DNA of 64,000 bases from an uncultured Alphaproteobacteria bacterium (GCA_963761245.1 CAVXGN010000043.1:76926-140925), one strand, 5' to 3'; shown: positions 11,180 to 22,701, numbered from the stretch's first letter. Made by a program: numbers and translations. Notes: generated from the letters alone by a model not told the origin.

Positions 11180-11692
11180 ATGATCGCCATCCGCGCCGCC
11201 AAGATTGCTCTGGTCGCGGCCATCGCCTTGTTCGCCACTCTCGCCGCCTTCGGCAACCTGACCGACTACGGAACCAACTTCGCCTTCGTCCAGCACGTGC
11301 TGTCGATGGATACGATATTTCCGGATTCGAAAATCGGCTATCGCGCGATCACCTCACCGGCGCTGCATCACCTGGCCTATGCGGCCATCATCGCGGCGGA
11401 AGTCGCGACCGCCGTGTTGTGCTGGATCGGTGCGGCCATGCTGCTGCGCCGGCTGCGTGCCGATGCCGAGACCTTCCACCGGGGCAAGACCTACGCGGTG
11501 TTCGGCCTCGTGCTCGGCTTTCTGCTGTGGCAGGTCGGTTTCATGTCGATTGGCGGCGAATGGTTCGGCATGTGGCAATCGCAGCAATGGAACGGCGTGC
11601 CCAGCGCGTTTCGCTTCGTAATGGTAATCCTGGCCGTGCTGATCTTGGTGGTCATGCGCGACGGCGAGCTTGAGCCGGGTGACAAGGACTAG
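11180..11692 (+). CDS. DUF2165-family small integral membrane protein
   Basis: FGNLTDYGTNFAFVQHVLSMDTIF; GFMSIGGEWFGMWQSQQWNG. Confidence 0.85.
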   Translation: MIAIRAAKIALVAAIALFATLAAFGNLTDYGTNFAFVQHVLSMDTIFPDSKIGYRAITSPALHHLAYAAIIAAEVATAVLCWIGAAMLLRRLRADAETFHRGKTYAVFGLVLGFLLWQVGFMSIGGEWFGMWQSQQWNGVPSAFRFVMVILAVLILVVMRDGELEPGDKD

Positions 11693-11713
11693 CGGGACGC
11701 TCCTCGCGTTCGC

Positions 11714-12514
11714 TCACCCGCGCTTGACGTTGGCGATGCCGCCCAGCCGTCCGATCAGCGCATTGGCGCCGATGGCGATGACGAACAAGATGATGAGCAG
11801 GGCGTACATTTCTGGCATCCGGAAGAAATCGTAGGCCTGGATCACCAGGAAGCCCATGCCGCGGTTCGACAGCTTGGTCTCGGCCAAGAGCGTGCCGATG
11901 AGCGCGACCCCGAGCCCGAGGCGGATGCCGTTGACGATCGGGTAGCGCATGGCGGGCAGATAGATCTTGGTCACCATCTGCCAGGTGTTGGCGCGGAAGC
12001 TCTTACCCACGCGGATCAACACGGCGTCGATTTCGCGCATGCCGCCGGCGGCATTGAGCGCGATCGGAAAGAAGCACGAAATGGCGCCCATGGCTGTCTT
12101 CGACCCGGGGCCGATGCCGAACCACAGGATCATCAGCGGGAAGAAGATGATCTTGGGGCAGGGTCCGAGATAATAGAGATAGACTTCGTATGCCTTCGAC
12201 AGCATCGGGCTGCCGCCGAGCAGCAGCCCGACGATGAGGCCGCTGACGCCCCCGAACAGCATGGCCAGCGCGATTTCGTAAGAGGTCGTGTAGAGGTGGA
12301 AATAGAATGTCGGGTTCGCCAGCGTTTCGACCAAGGCCCCGCCGATGGCCAGCAGCGACGGCACCACGTCGCGGTACAGCAACCCCGATTCCGCGATGGC
12401 CTGCCAGAGCGCCAGAATGCCGACGATCAGCGCGATGCGCAGCAGCGTCACCGGCCGCAGCAACGGCTTGGCCGAGGCGTCCGCGCGGGCGTTGACGGCT
12501 ACGGCCTTAGCCAT
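11714..12514 (-). CDS. NitT/TauT-family ABC transporter permease
   Basis: PKIIFFPLMILWFGIG; LIGTLLAE..GMGFLV. Confidence 0.85.
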   Translation of the reverse strand: MAKAVAVNARADASAKPLLRPVTLLRIALIVGILALWQAIAESGLLYRDVVPSLLAIGGALVETLANPTFYFHLYTTSYEIALAMLFGGVSGLIVGLLLGGSPMLSKAYEVYLYYLGPCPKIIFFPLMILWFGIGPGSKTAMGAISCFFPIALNAAGGMREIDAVLIRVGKSFRANTWQMVTKIYLPAMRYPIVNGIRLGLGVALIGTLLAETKLSNRGMGFLVIQAYDFFRMPEMYALLIILFVIAIGANALIGRLGGIANVKRG

Positions 12515-13266
12515 CGCTCCAGCCTCTCGATCACAATGAACACCAGCACGCTGATTAGGACGACGAACAGGATGGCGGCATAGGTTCCCGGCACGTCGTA
12601 GCGGTCGGCCATCTCGTTGATGAGTTGCCCGAGCCCACCGAAATTCACCAGGAACTCAACACCGACGATGTTGAGCATCGTGAAGATCAGGCCAATGCGC
12701 AGGCCCACGAAGATGGTCGGCAGCGCCGCCGGAAACAGGATCTTCCAGAACTGCTGGGACGAGGTCAGGTTGAAGCTGCGCCCGACGTTGATGAGCACGG
12801 CGCGCGTGGCGGAAAGCCCTTCCAATGTCTTCAAGATGACCGGCGGCAGGCCGGCGACGAACCCCATCGCAATGATGGTCGCGCTGTTGCGGCCGAAGAT
12901 CACCAAGAACAGGGGATAGAGCAGGACGGTCGGCGCCGAGGCCATCGCGGCGACCCAAGTTTCCGTCGCCTGCCGCAGCAGGTCGAAACGGTAGAGCAGG
13001 GTGCCGAGCGCGATGCCGACGATGGCGACCATGACGCCCGCCGCCAAAGCCTCGCCTCCCGTGAACAGGAAGCGCGGGAGCGCGCCTTCTTCGAGGACGA
13101 TACGCGGCAGGGCGGCGAGCACGTCGGTCGGCAGCGGCACGACGAAGCGGTTGAGCAGGCCGGCGAAAATCACCCCTTGCAGCACGACGAAAAAGCCGAC
13201 CAGTGTTCCGAGACCGAGGACGGCTGGAAACGCCGCCGATCGGGCGATTGCCGAAGAAGCTTTCAT
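12499..13266 (-). CDS. NitT/TauT-family ABC transporter permease
   Basis: Hydrophobic BPD_transp_1-like; [30 protein letters not shown]. Confidence 0.85.
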   Translation of the reverse strand: MKASSAIARSAAFPAVLGLGTLVGFFVVLQGVIFAGLLNRFVVPLPTDVLAALPRIVLEEGALPRFLFTGGEALAAGVMVAIVGIALGTLLYRFDLLRQATETWVAAMASAPTVLLYPLFLVIFGRNSATIIAMGFVAGLPPVILKTLEGLSATRAVLINVGRSFNLTSSQQFWKILFPAALPTIFVGLRIGLIFTMLNIVGVEFLVNFGGLGQLINEMADRYDVPGTYAAILFVVLISVLVFIVIERLERWLRP

Positions 13267-14135
13267 CGGTGATCGCCCTGCAGCAGATGCGCCTCGTCGT
13301 CGCGCATCCCTTTGGTCGCTTCGTCGCGCAGGTCGCTCCAGATGCGCGCCACGTAGTGGCCGAACGCGTCGCTGGACACGATCGCGGAGCTGCGCGGCCG
13401 CGGCAGCTTGATCTCGACGACGCGCTTCAGCGTGCCCGGCCGGTAGGTCATCACCAGGATGCGGTCGGACAACTGCACCGCTTCGGTGATGTTGTGGGTG
13501 ATCAGCAGCGTCGTCTGCTTCAGGTCCTGCTGAATCTGCAGCACCTTGTCCCCGAGGAGCAGCCGCGTCTGCTCGTCGAGGGAGGCGAATGGCTCGTCCA
13601 TCAGCATGATTTCAGGCTGGGCGGCGAGCGTACGCGCCATCGACACGCGCTGGCGCATGCCCCCGGAAAGCTCGGACGGGTAGCGCTTCTCGAAACCGTC
13701 GAGCCCCACCAGCTTGACGAAGCGCCGCGCCCGGTCCTGGCGCTCCGATTTCGGCACCCTGGCGATCTCCAGCGGAAACGCCACGTTGTCGATCACGGTG
13801 CGCCAGGGAAACGTCGACTCGTCCTGGAAGATCATGCCGATCGATGGGTGCGGGCCGCTGACGATCTCGCCGTCGACCGTGACGCTGCCTTCGTCGGCTT
13901 CGAGCAGGCCACCGATCACGTTGAACAACGTGGTCTTGCCGCAGCCCGAGGGCCCGATCACGCTGACGAACTCCCCCGGCGCCACGGTGAGCGACATGCC
14001 GTCGACCGCGGTGATGACGCCCTCCGACGTCTGGAACCGCTTGACCAGGTTGTCGACGACAAGAATGGCGTCCGCCGTAGACGGTTGTCGCGTGCCGCTA
14101 TGTGCTGCTGAAGCCGTTGCGGCCGTCGCGTCCAC
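13263..14135 (-). CDS. NitT/TauT-family ABC transporter ATP-binding protein
   Basis: [28 protein letters not shown]; GTG start with AAGGAGG RBS. Confidence 0.9.
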   Translation of the reverse strand: MDATAATASAAHSGTRQPSTADAILVVDNLVKRFQTSEGVITAVDGMSLTVAPGEFVSVIGPSGCGKTTLFNVIGGLLEADEGSVTVDGEIVSGPHPSIGMIFQDESTFPWRTVIDNVAFPLEIARVPKSERQDRARRFVKLVGLDGFEKRYPSELSGGMRQRVSMARTLAAQPEIMLMDEPFASLDEQTRLLLGDKVLQIQQDLKQTTLLITHNITEAVQLSDRILVMTYRPGTLKRVVEIKLPRPRSSAIVSSDAFGHYVARIWSDLRDEATKGMRDDEAHLLQGDHR

Positions 14136-14255
14136 GTCGCTCCTCCTTTGCGCCAAGGCGGCCGGACGCGGCAACAATGTCAGAGCCGCAGCCCGCCCGA
14201 TAAACACGGTTCCCCGCCGCACGCCAGCGGCGGGGACCGCGCAGATTAAGACGGT

Positions 14256-15215
14256 TTACGAGCCTGGCTTGAAGACGATGTCGATCATGCCTTCGGCGTC
14301 CTTCACCGTCTTCTTCTCGGTGATGCGCTTATACTTCAGCGCCTCGTCGAGGGTCTTCTGCAGGTCCTCGATCTTGGTGAGCTGCAGTGCCGACTTCGGG
14401 TAGAAGTCCTCGACCGTCTGCTTGGCGACCGCCGGCGAAATCTTGGCGATCTCGCCGTACATCTTGTAGACCTCCGGGTCGCCGGAATAGGCCCAGTCGA
14501 TCGCCTGCGAGACCACCTTCATGAACTTGGTGATCGCCTCGCGCTTGGTCTTCAGCGCATTGGCGTTGGCGACATCGACGCGGATGGTCTGGCCCTGCAT
14601 GCCCTTGATGTCGCCGGCCTTCACAATGATGCGCGTCTTACCCTCGCTGGCTTCCTTGAGGCCGAACGGCGCCACCGACCAGCCGGCGTCGATCTGGCCG
14701 GACATGACCTGGGTGTGCGTGGCCGGAGGGCCGCCGGTCGAGACCGGTTTGGCCTTGACGTTGTTCTCGGCCAGCAGATTGAGCAGCATCAGGTTGGTCG
14801 AGGAGCCGGGCCGCGAGAAGGCCACGGTCTTGCCGGCGAGGTCCTTGACCGTCTTGATCGGGCTGTCCGCCTTCACGTACCAGTAGACCTCATGCACGCC
14901 GGTCATTTCGGCGCCGATGATGCGCACCGGTGCGCCCTTGAAGTAGGCGCCGACGACGCCCAGCGTGCCGTTCGACATGGCGATGTCGGCTGAGCCGGAG
15001 ATCGCCGCCTGCAGCGTCTCCGATCCGCCATGGGTCCAGAAGACCTCGATCTCGAGCCCTTCCTTCTTGAACCAGCCTTTCTTCTGGGCGAATTCGACGA
15101 ACTCGCTGTCCCAGAATCCTTTTTGCGGAATGGCGATTTTCAGCTTTTCGGCGAAGGCCGTGGTCGTCAGCGCGGCCAGCAAAAGTGCCGCAAGCGCAGT
15201 GATGCGTGCACGCAT
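14256..15215 (-). CDS. NitT/TauT-family ABC transporter substrate-binding protein
   Basis: Signal peptide; GWFKKEGLEIE, DSPIKTVKDLAGKTVAFSRPGSST. Confidence 0.85.
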   Translation of the reverse strand: MRARITALAALLLAALTTTAFAEKLKIAIPQKGFWDSEFVEFAQKKGWFKKEGLEIEVFWTHGGSETLQAAISGSADIAMSNGTLGVVGAYFKGAPVRIIGAEMTGVHEVYWYVKADSPIKTVKDLAGKTVAFSRPGSSTNLMLLNLLAENNVKAKPVSTGGPPATHTQVMSGQIDAGWSVAPFGLKEASEGKTRIIVKAGDIKGMQGQTIRVDVANANALKTKREAITKFMKVVSQAIDWAYSGDPEVYKMYGEIAKISPAVAKQTVEDFYPKSALQLTKIEDLQKTLDEALKYKRITEKKTVKDAEGMIDIVFKPGS

Positions 15216-15398
15216 GGTATTCCTCCCAATTGGCCGGTTTTTTAGTGGCTTATTCCGAGTAGCTTGCCGCGAAACGGGAGGACTGACAAGGATGGGCTGA
15301 GCTGGTGGCATTTGCACCACCACGGATCGATCGCCGATCCGGCAATGCTCAAGCGTTATCGGGATTTGGTGCCGGGCGGGCAGCCGCCTGATCGCGCC

Positions 15399-17204
15399 TC
15401 ACACATCCACCTTCAACGCCGCGATAAACGCCTCCTGCGGAATGTCGACCTTGCCGAATTGCCGCATCTTCTTTTTGCCTTCCTTCTGCTTGTCGAGCAG
15501 CTTGCGCTTGCGCGTGGCGTCGCCGCCGTAGCACTTGGCGGTGACGTCCTTGCGGAAGGCGCGCACGGTCTCGCGCGCGATGATCTTGCCGCCGATCGCC
15601 GCCTGGATCGGCACCTGGAACATGTGCGGCGGGATCAGCTCCTTCAGCTTCTCCGCCATGGCGCGGCCGCGTGACTCCGCGCGCGTGCGATGCACCAGCA
15701 TGGCGAGCGCGTCGACCGGATCGCCGTTGACCAGCATCTGCAATTTGACGAGGTCGGCCGGCTTGTAGTCGGTCAGGTGATAGTCGAACGAGGCATAGCC
15801 GCGCGACACCGATTTGAGCCGATCGTAGAAGTCGAACACCACCTCGTTGAGCGGCAGATCGTATTTCACCATGGCGCGGCTGCCGACATAAGTGAGCTCT
15901 TTCTGCGCGCCGCGCCGGTCCTGGCAGAGCTTGAGCACGCTGCCCAGATATTCGTCGGGCGTCAGGATGGTCGCCTCGATCCACGGCTCCTCCATCTCGG
16001 CGATCTGCGTCGGCTCCGGCATGTCGACCGGATTGTGGATCTCGAGCGTGCCGCCGTCGCGCAGCTTGATCTTGTAGATGACCGACGGCGCGGTCGCGAT
16101 CAGGTCGAGATTGAACTCGCGCGACAGCCGCTCCTGGATGATCTCCAGGTGCAACAGGCCGAGAAAGCCGCAGCGGAAGCCGAAGCCGAGCGCGGCGCTC
16201 GTCTCCATCTCATAGGTGAAGCTGGCGTCGTTGAGGCGCAGCCGCCCCATGGCCGCGCGCAGGTCTTCGAAATCGGCGGCATCGACCGGGAACAGGCCGC
16301 AGAACACCACCGGAATGGCGGGGCGGAAACCGGGCAGCGGCTCGTCCACCGGATTGCGCTCGTCGGTGATGGTGTCGCCGACGCGCGTGTCGGCGACTTC
16401 CTTGATCGAGGCGGTGAGCATGCCGATCTCGCCGGGGCCGAGCTCGTCGAGCGGCGTGAGCTTGGGCGTGAACACGCCGACGCGGTCGACCTCGTAAGAT
16501 GCGTCGATGCCGATCATGCGGATGCGCTGGCCTTTCTTCAGCACGCCGTCGACCACGCGCACCAGCACCACCACGCCGAGATAGAGGTCGTACCAACTAT
16601 CGACCAGCAGCGCCTTGAGCGTCGCGTCGCGGTCGCCTTTCGGCGGCGGCAGCCTGGTGACGATCGCCTCCAGCACCTCCGGCACGTTCAAGCCGGTCTT
16701 GGCGGAAATCTCGATGGCGTTACTGGCATCGATGCCGATCACGTCCTCGATCTGCTGGCGCACCTTGGCGGGCTCGGCCGCCGGCAGATCGACTTTGTTG
16801 AGCACCGGCACGATCTCGTGATTGTTGTCGATCGCCTGGTAGACGTTCGCCAGCGTCTGCGCCTCGACGCCCTGGCTGGCGTCGACCACAAGAAGCGAGC
16901 CCTCGCAGGCGGCGAGCGAGCGGTTGACCTCGTAGGCGAAGTCGACATGGCCGGGGGTGTCGATCAGGTTGAGGATGTAGTCCTTGCCGTCGCGCGCCTT
17001 GTAGTTGAGCCGCACGGTCTGCGCCTTGATGGTGATGCCGCGCTCGCGCTCGATCTCCATGGAATCGAGCACCTGCTCCTTCATCTCGCGGTCGGCCAGC
17101 CCGCCGGTGAGCTGGATCAGCCGGTCGGCGAGCGTCGACTTGCCGTGGTCGATATGCGCGACGATGGAGAAATTGCGGATATTCTGGATCGGGACCGACG
17201 TCAT
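15399..17204 (-). CDS. lepA: Elongation factor 4
   Basis: [50 protein letters not shown]. Confidence 0.98.
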   Translation of the reverse strand: MTSVPIQNIRNFSIVAHIDHGKSTLADRLIQLTGGLADREMKEQVLDSMEIERERGITIKAQTVRLNYKARDGKDYILNLIDTPGHVDFAYEVNRSLAACEGSLLVVDASQGVEAQTLANVYQAIDNNHEIVPVLNKVDLPAAEPAKVRQQIEDVIGIDASNAIEISAKTGLNVPEVLEAIVTRLPPPKGDRDATLKALLVDSWYDLYLGVVVLVRVVDGVLKKGQRIRMIGIDASYEVDRVGVFTPKLTPLDELGPGEIGMLTASIKEVADTRVGDTITDERNPVDEPLPGFRPAIPVVFCGLFPVDAADFEDLRAAMGRLRLNDASFTYEMETSAALGFGFRCGFLGLLHLEIIQERLSREFNLDLIATAPSVIYKIKLRDGGTLEIHNPVDMPEPTQIAEMEEPWIEATILTPDEYLGSVLKLCQDRRGAQKELTYVGSRAMVKYDLPLNEVVFDFYDRLKSVSRGYASFDYHLTDYKPADLVKLQMLVNGDPVDALAMLVHRTRAESRGRAMAEKLKELIPPHMFQVPIQAAIGGKIIARETVRAFRKDVTAKCYGGDATRKRKLLDKQKEGKKKMRQFGKVDIPQEAFIAALKVDV

Positions 17205-17399
17205 GGCGCGGCAGATAACACCGGGTATCGGGCGCTTCAAGCGCGCTCGGACGCGGGCTGGCGCCCCATACCGCTTATTCCCGGGCAAGCGGCAATCCAG
17301 ACGAAGCTTGCTGACCCGAGCCCGGTGCTTTTAGGTGTCCCCGCAACCGCGGGGTTGCGCGGAGCCAATACGAGCTGCCGATGCGCCTGATCTGCACCA

Positions 17400-18926
17400 T
17401 TGCACGCCGCCGAGCGGTCGGCCGGCCGCCTGCGCGACGCGCTCGTCGATCCGGCGCGGTGCGAGCGCAACGTCGTGCTGGCGCTCATCGTCTATACGCT
17501 GCTGTGGACGCTCTACGGCACCATCGCCAAGGCGAGCCAGGGCCTGCATACCGACATGGTCGAGATCTCGCCTGGTCGCGCGATCTGGCCTGGGGCTACA
17601 AGCATCCGCCGATGACCGCGGCTTTGGTCTGGCTCTGGTTCTACGTTTTTCCCGTGGCCGAGTGGTCGTACTATCTGCTCGCGATGCTGATGCCGGGGCT
17701 GACGCTTTGGATCGTGTGGCGCGGTTCGGCCGACTATCTCGACGTCGAAAAGCGCATCGCCGGCGTTGCGCTGCTCACTTTCGTTCCGTTCTTCAATTTC
17801 CACGCGCTCAAGTTCAACGCGAATACGATATTGCTGCCGCTGTGGGCGGTGACCGCGTTCTGGTTCTTGCGCTCCTATACGCGCCGCAGCGCGCTCTATG
17901 CATTGCTTGCCGGCGTCGCCGCGGCCGGCTGCCATGCTGGGCAAATACTGGTCGGTGTTTCTGATTGCCGGCTTGGTTGTCGCCGCGCTGATCGACAGAC
18001 GCCGCGCCGCCTATTTCCGCTCGGCGGCGCCCTGGATCACGGCGATCTCCGGCGCGCTCTTGCTCGCGCCCCATATCGTCTGGCTGTTCGGGAACGACTT
18101 CGAGCCGTTCCGCTACGCCGCGGCGGCGCATGGCGACAATTCCTTCGGCCGCGCCGCCGTCAGCGTCATCGGCTACCTGGCCGGATCGTTCGGCTACGTC
18201 GCGGTCCCCGTGATCATCGTCTTGGCCCTGGCGCGGCCGCGCGCGGCAACCCTTGCCGACATGGCCTGGCCGGCGGATGGCAATCGCCGGCTGGCGGCGG
18301 CCGCGTTCTGGGCGCCGCTTTTGTTGCCGGCCGTCGCCGCGCCGGCCAGCGGCATTGCGATTACGTCGCTGTGGTCGATGTCGTGCTGGGCGCTGCTGCC
18401 GCTGCTGCTGCTGTCGCCGCCGGCGATAAGAATCGCGCGCATCGATACCGGCCGCATTTTGGTCGGCGCCCTCGTTTTGCCGCTGGTCATGCTGATTGCG
18501 GCGCCGGGCATCGCCATTGTGGCGCAGCGCCAGGGCCCGCTGCCGGCCTCCGCGCAGGCGCGCCTGCTGGCCATTCAGATCGAGGGCGCCTGGCACGCGA
18601 TAACGCCACAACCGCTACGCTTTGTCGGCGGGCCTGCCGACCTCGCCTTTGCCGTCGCCGCCTATGCGGCGGACCGGCCGCGCGCGCTGCCCGATCTGCC
18701 GCAGCCGAGCCGGGCCGAGCTCGCGCAGCACGGTTTGGTGTGGGTCTGTTTCGCCGAGGATGCCGGCTGCCGGCGCGACGCTGTCGCAGGCGCGGCACGA
18801 ATCGGGCCGAGCCGCGGCATCGAGACGACGATCACGCGCGATTTTCTCGGCTTTGCCGGTCGCCCGCAGCGCTATGCGATAGTGATCGTGCCGCCGCGCC
18901 AGCCGGTGCGGGCGGCGGCTCGCTGA
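17400..18926 (+). CDS. ArnT/GT39-like membrane glycosyltransferase; start uncertain, apparent frameshifts near 17570 and 17930
   Basis: DLAWGYKHPPM, FHALKFNANT, MLGKYWS, LLLAPHIVWL. Confidence 0.75.
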
Positions 18927-18943
18927 ACCTTTTTCACCGCATT

Positions 18944-18975
18944 CCCAAACGAAACGGCCGGCGTGACGCCGGTCG
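18944..18975. repeat. Direct repeat of a terminator-like hairpin (partner at 19905-19937)
   Basis: AAACGAAACGGCCGGCGTGACGC identical at 18947-18969 and 19909-19931. Confidence 0.8.
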
Positions 18976-19001
18976 CCGACACGTTCAATACTTTGGCCCG
19001 G

Positions 19002-19799
19002 TTAGCCCCGGCGCTGACGGCTCTCGCCGGACGTCGTCTGCTGCGCCTGATCCGCCCAAGCGAGGTGCTTGTAGTCGAAGCCGCTTTCGATGGTTGGCTT
19101 GACGATGGCGAAGAACGGCGAAACGTCGAAATCGCGCGGCGTGAACAACGAATGATGGCGGATGTGCAGGATTTCGCGGCGGCTTTCGTCATCGACGCGC
19201 TCCACCCGCGGCAGAATTGGATAGCGCACCGATTGGAATGCTTCCGCGATTAAGGTCGAGCAGATCGCGCGCGTCGGTTCTCCCGATCCGAGTGCGAGCA
19301 TGCGCCGGCGCCAGCGCGTCGGCACCGGCGGCTGCGGCAGAAAATAGCGCATGAGATCGACGATGTTCTTCAGATCGTAGGCATGGCCGATGTGCTCGAC
19401 CGCGAAGCGGATCACCGCGGCGCGGTCTTCCGGTGTCAGTCCGACCGGCCGGCAGATGCGCGTATTGTAGCTTGCGTATTTGGACATCGGCGAGGCGATG
19501 ACGCCCTGTCCGAGTTCGACCTCAACCAGCACCAGCGGCTCGCCGTCGCTCTCGCCGAGCTTGGCGGAGAGGCCGACATAGAGTGCGGCATGCGACCAGG
19601 TCGACTGGGTCAGAAAGCGGATCGTCGAGGAAATTTTTGTCGCGCTGCCTTCGATCAGCAGAACGTCGCAGGGCCGCAGGGTCATGGCGGTCAGTTCGGG
19701 CCGCGCAGCGGCGTAGGGCTCATAACCGCTGGTTGGCTTGGTGATTTGGCGCGCGATCAAATCGCCGAGCCAGTCGAGCGGTGTCCGGCGGTGTTTCAT
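19002..19799 (-). CDS. YiiX/YebB-like permuted papain-like (NlpC/P60) protein
   Basis: LRPCDVLL..TQSTWSHAALY, GHAYD, ICSTLIAEAF, LFTPRDFD. Confidence 0.8.
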   Translation of the reverse strand: MKHRRTPLDWLGDLIARQITKPTSGYEPYAAARPELTAMTLRPCDVLLIEGSATKISSTIRFLTQSTWSHAALYVGLSAKLGESDGEPLVLVEVELGQGVIASPMSKYASYNTRICRPVGLTPEDRAAVIRFAVEHIGHAYDLKNIVDLMRYFLPQPPVPTRWRRRMLALGSGEPTRAICSTLIAEAFQSVRYPILPRVERVDDESRREILHIRHHSLFTPRDFDVSPFFAIVKPTIESGFDYKHLAWADQAQQTTSGESRQRRG

Positions 19800-19965
19800 G
19801 CCGCAAGGCTAGCGCGCGCGGCGCCGAATCTGAACCCATATGCGCGTGAAGTGATAAGGAGAAGCGCGTTGCATGCCTGAGCCGGGTAGCCACGTCTTCC
19901 TTGGCCCAAAACGAAACGGCCGGCGTGACGCGGGCCGATCAATTTGCGCTCTTGGGCAGCAGCGC

Positions 19966-20076
19966 TTAGGAGCGGTCGTGGTCGGCCTTGTAGCGGCCTT
20001 CCTGCGGCACGCCGATGTAAGTGGCCTGCTTGTCCGATAGCTTGGACGGCTTCACCCCGATCTTATCGAGATGCAG
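19966..20076 (-). repeat. Extra copy of the ahcY 3' end (37 codons incl. stop), followed by a terminator-like hairpin
   Basis: [36 protein letters not shown] versus [36 protein letters not shown]; offset 1238 bp. Confidence 0.95.
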
Positions 20077-20197
20077 CGTGACACCTCTGCTTCACGGCAG
20101 GAGTTGCAGCGCGGCACGATCCAACTTAAGGTTGGATTATCAAACGCCAGCCCGGCGCGCGGCCGCGAGCGAGGTTCTAAATGGATAGGGGGGAACC

Positions 20198-21061
20198 ATG
20201 GCCAACACACATGATGTCGACGGCCCAGGAGTCTTGGGAGACAGCCCGGTGGCGGATCCGGTGCCGTTTCGTGTAATTTGTGTCCTTGGTTTTCTGTTTT
20301 TTCTTGCCGCGCTTTTCATCTTTTACACGCTCGTCGCCACTTGGCCGGTGCCAGCGAGCAAGGGCGGCGGTTATGAGCCGGCCAATTGGCTTGGCCGCCA
20401 CCTCACTACGTTTTCGCCCGATGGCCGGCTTTTCATCATGGTCGCCGCGGCTGGTGCGCTCGGCAGCCTGATTCACACACTGACCTCCTTCGTTGACTAT
20501 GTCGGCAACCGCCGGCTGGCATTGAGCTGGGTTTGGTGGCTGTTGCTGCGCACGCCGATCGGCATAGCGCTGGCGCTAATGCTCTATCTGGTCCTGCGCG
20601 GCGGGCTCTTCTCGCTGCCGAGCAACGGGGCTGGGGCCGGCGTGAATAATGGTCTCAACCCGTACGGCTTCGCGGCGGTTGCCGCGATGGCCGGCATGTT
20701 TTCAAAGCAGGCGACCGACAAGCTGCGGGAGTTATTCGATACTCTTTTTCACACGACGCAGCCGGTTGATCGTGCTGATCCGTTGGCTCATGTGGGCCCG
20801 ACCATCTCCGCCGTGGAGCCAGCGAAGCTTACGGTCAACGATCAGACCAAAGTGCTGACGATCACCGGAAGCGGTTTCAAACCCAACTGCAAGGCGACCG
20901 TCAACGGTAGCCCGCGCAACCTTGAACGCGTGAGTGCCACGCAGATCAAACTCACCTTGGTGCCGGACGACGTGAAGGCGGCGGGCGACCTGCAAATCGT
21001 TGTCCAGAACCCGGAGCCTAAGGCAGCAAGCTCGAAGCCATTTTCAGTGAAAGTAGGGTGA
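20198..21061 (+). CDS. Membrane protein with a C-terminal IPT/TIG (Ig-like) domain
   Basis: TM helices with AGALGSLIH..YVGNR and AGMFSKQATDKLRELF; C-terminal PTISAVEP..LTITGSGF..IVVQNP; more A/T-rich codon usage than neighbours. Confidence 0.75.
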   Translation: MANTHDVDGPGVLGDSPVADPVPFRVICVLGFLFFLAALFIFYTLVATWPVPASKGGGYEPANWLGRHLTTFSPDGRLFIMVAAAGALGSLIHTLTSFVDYVGNRRLALSWVWWLLLRTPIGIALALMLYLVLRGGLFSLPSNGAGAGVNNGLNPYGFAAVAAMAGMFSKQATDKLRELFDTLFHTTQPVDRADPLAHVGPTISAVEPAKLTVNDQTKVLTITGSGFKPNCKATVNGSPRNLERVSATQIKLTLVPDDVKAAGDLQIVVQNPEPKAASSKPFSVKVG

Positions 21062-21088
21062 TCCCTGCACGGTAAGTGTGTGGGGCAT

Positions 21089-21140
21089 GCAATGGCGATA
21101 TTGATCCGCTGTGTAGAGGTCTTCCTGCGGCACGCCGTTG
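21089..21140 (-). repeat. Decayed third copy of the ahcY 3' end
   Basis: NGVPQEDLYTADQYRHC aligns without gaps to [16 protein letters not shown] at offset 115 bp; 17-bp exact core CTTCCTGCGGCACGCCG. Confidence 0.75.
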
Positions 21141-21149
21141 CCCGCTGCG

Positions 21150-21184
21150 AAAAAAATGGCCGGGTGTTAGCCCGGCCATTTTTT
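21150..21184. terminator. Bidirectional rho-independent terminator after ahcY
   Basis: AAAAAATGGCCGGG-TGTTAG-CCCGGCCATTTTTT. Confidence 0.85.
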
Positions 21185-21203
21185 ATTTGCGATGCGCCGC
21201 CGC

Positions 21204-22625
21204 TCAGTAGCGGTAATGATCCGCCTTGAACGGGCCTTCCTGCGGCACGCCGATGTAAGTGGCCTGCTTGTCCGATAGCTTGGACAGCTTCACGCCGATC
21301 TTGTCGAGATGCAGGCGCGCGACCTTCTCGTCGAGATGCTTGGGCAGGGTGTAGACCTTGTTCTCGTACTTGCCGGGATTGGTCCAGATCTCGATCTGCG
21401 CCAGCGTCTGATTGGTGAAGGACGACGACATCACGAAGCTCGGATGGCCCATGGCGTTGCCGAGGTTCACCAGCCGGCCTTCCGACAGCAGGATGATGCG
21501 GTGGCCGTCGGGGAAGCCGATCTCGTCGACCTGCGGCTTGATGTTGTTCCACTTCAGGTTCTTCAGCGCGTGCACCTGGATCTCGCTGTCGAAGTGGCCG
21601 ATGTTGCAGACCACGGCGCGGTCCTTCATCTTGCGCATGTGCTCGATGGTGATCACGTCGACATTGCCGGTGCAGGTGACGAAGATGTCGGCGCGCGGCG
21701 CCGCGTCTTCCATGGTGGTGACCTCATAGCCTTCCATCGCCGCCTGCAGCGCGCAGATCGGATCGACCTCCGACACCAGCACGCGGCAGCCGGCCTGGCG
21801 CAAGCTTGCGGCCGAGCCCTTGCCGACGTCGCCGAAGCCCGCGACCATCGCCACCTTGCCCGACATCATCACGTCGGTGCCGCGGCGGATGCCGTCGACC
21901 AGCGATTCACGGCAGCCGTAGAGGTTGTCGAATTTCGATTTGGTCACGCTGTCGTTGACGTTGATGGCCGGGAACATCAGGCGGCCTTCCTTGGCCATCT
22001 GATAGAGCCGGTGCACGCCGGTGGTGGTCTCCTCGGTGACGCCTTTGATCGCCTTGGCCGTCTTGGTGTACCAGCCCGGCTGTTCCTTCAGCCGCTTTTG
22101 GATGGCGGCGAACAGCACTTCCTCTTCCTCGTTGCCGGGATGCTTGAGCACGTCGGCATTGCTCTCCGCCTGCATGCCGAGATGCAGCAGCAGCGTGGCG
22201 TCGCCGCCATCGTCGAGGATCATGTTGGGGGTGCCGCCGTCGGACCAGTCGAAGATGCGGTGCGAGTAGTCCCAGTAGTCGACCAGGCTCTCGCCCTTGA
22301 CCGCGAATACCGGCACGCCGGCGGCCGCGATCGCCGCGGCGGCGTGGTCCTGCGTCGAATAGATGTTGCAGGAGGCCCAGCGCACATCGGCGCCGAGCGC
22401 GGTCAGCGTCTCGATCAGCACGGCGGTCTGGATGGTCATGTGCAGCGAGCCGGCGACGCGGGCGCCGCGCAGCGGCTGCTGCGGCCCGTATTCCTCGCGC
22501 GTGGCCATCAGGCCGGGCATTTCGGTTTCGGCGAGGCTGATCTCGTTGCGGCCCCAGGGCGCGAGCGAGATGTCCTTGACGACGTAGTCGGCGGCTTTGG
22601 CCTTCGGCTTGGCGGAAGCGGTCAT
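21204..22625 (-). CDS. ahcY: S-adenosylhomocysteine hydrolase
   Basis: [46 protein letters not shown]. Confidence 0.98.
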   Translation of the reverse strand: MTASAKPKAKAADYVVKDISLAPWGRNEISLAETEMPGLMATREEYGPQQPLRGARVAGSLHMTIQTAVLIETLTALGADVRWASCNIYSTQDHAAAAIAAAGVPVFAVKGESLVDYWDYSHRIFDWSDGGTPNMILDDGGDATLLLHLGMQAESNADVLKHPGNEEEEVLFAAIQKRLKEQPGWYTKTAKAIKGVTEETTTGVHRLYQMAKEGRLMFPAINVNDSVTKSKFDNLYGCRESLVDGIRRGTDVMMSGKVAMVAGFGDVGKGSAASLRQAGCRVLVSEVDPICALQAAMEGYEVTTMEDAAPRADIFVTCTGNVDVITIEHMRKMKDRAVVCNIGHFDSEIQVHALKNLKWNNIKPQVDEIGFPDGHRIILLSEGRLVNLGNAMGHPSFVMSSSFTNQTLAQIEIWTNPGKYENKVYTLPKHLDEKVARLHLDKIGVKLSKLSDKQATYIGVPQEGPFKADHYRY

Positions 22626-22701
22626 GACGATCCTATGCAACTGACGGGAATGGATGGCTCGGCCGTGCCTATAACAGGCCGCCGCCGGGCCCGCAACGCA
22701 T

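Noticed and set aside
14207-14240. Hairpin between the ABC substrate-binding and ATPase genes
   Set aside because: An ordinary intercistronic stabilising stem-loop typical of ABC operons.
15690-17390. Long antisense ORFs opposite lepA, ahcY, chvG, pckA, hrpB and others
   Set aside because: Expected shadow ORFs in high-GC coding DNA; they show no recognisable motifs.
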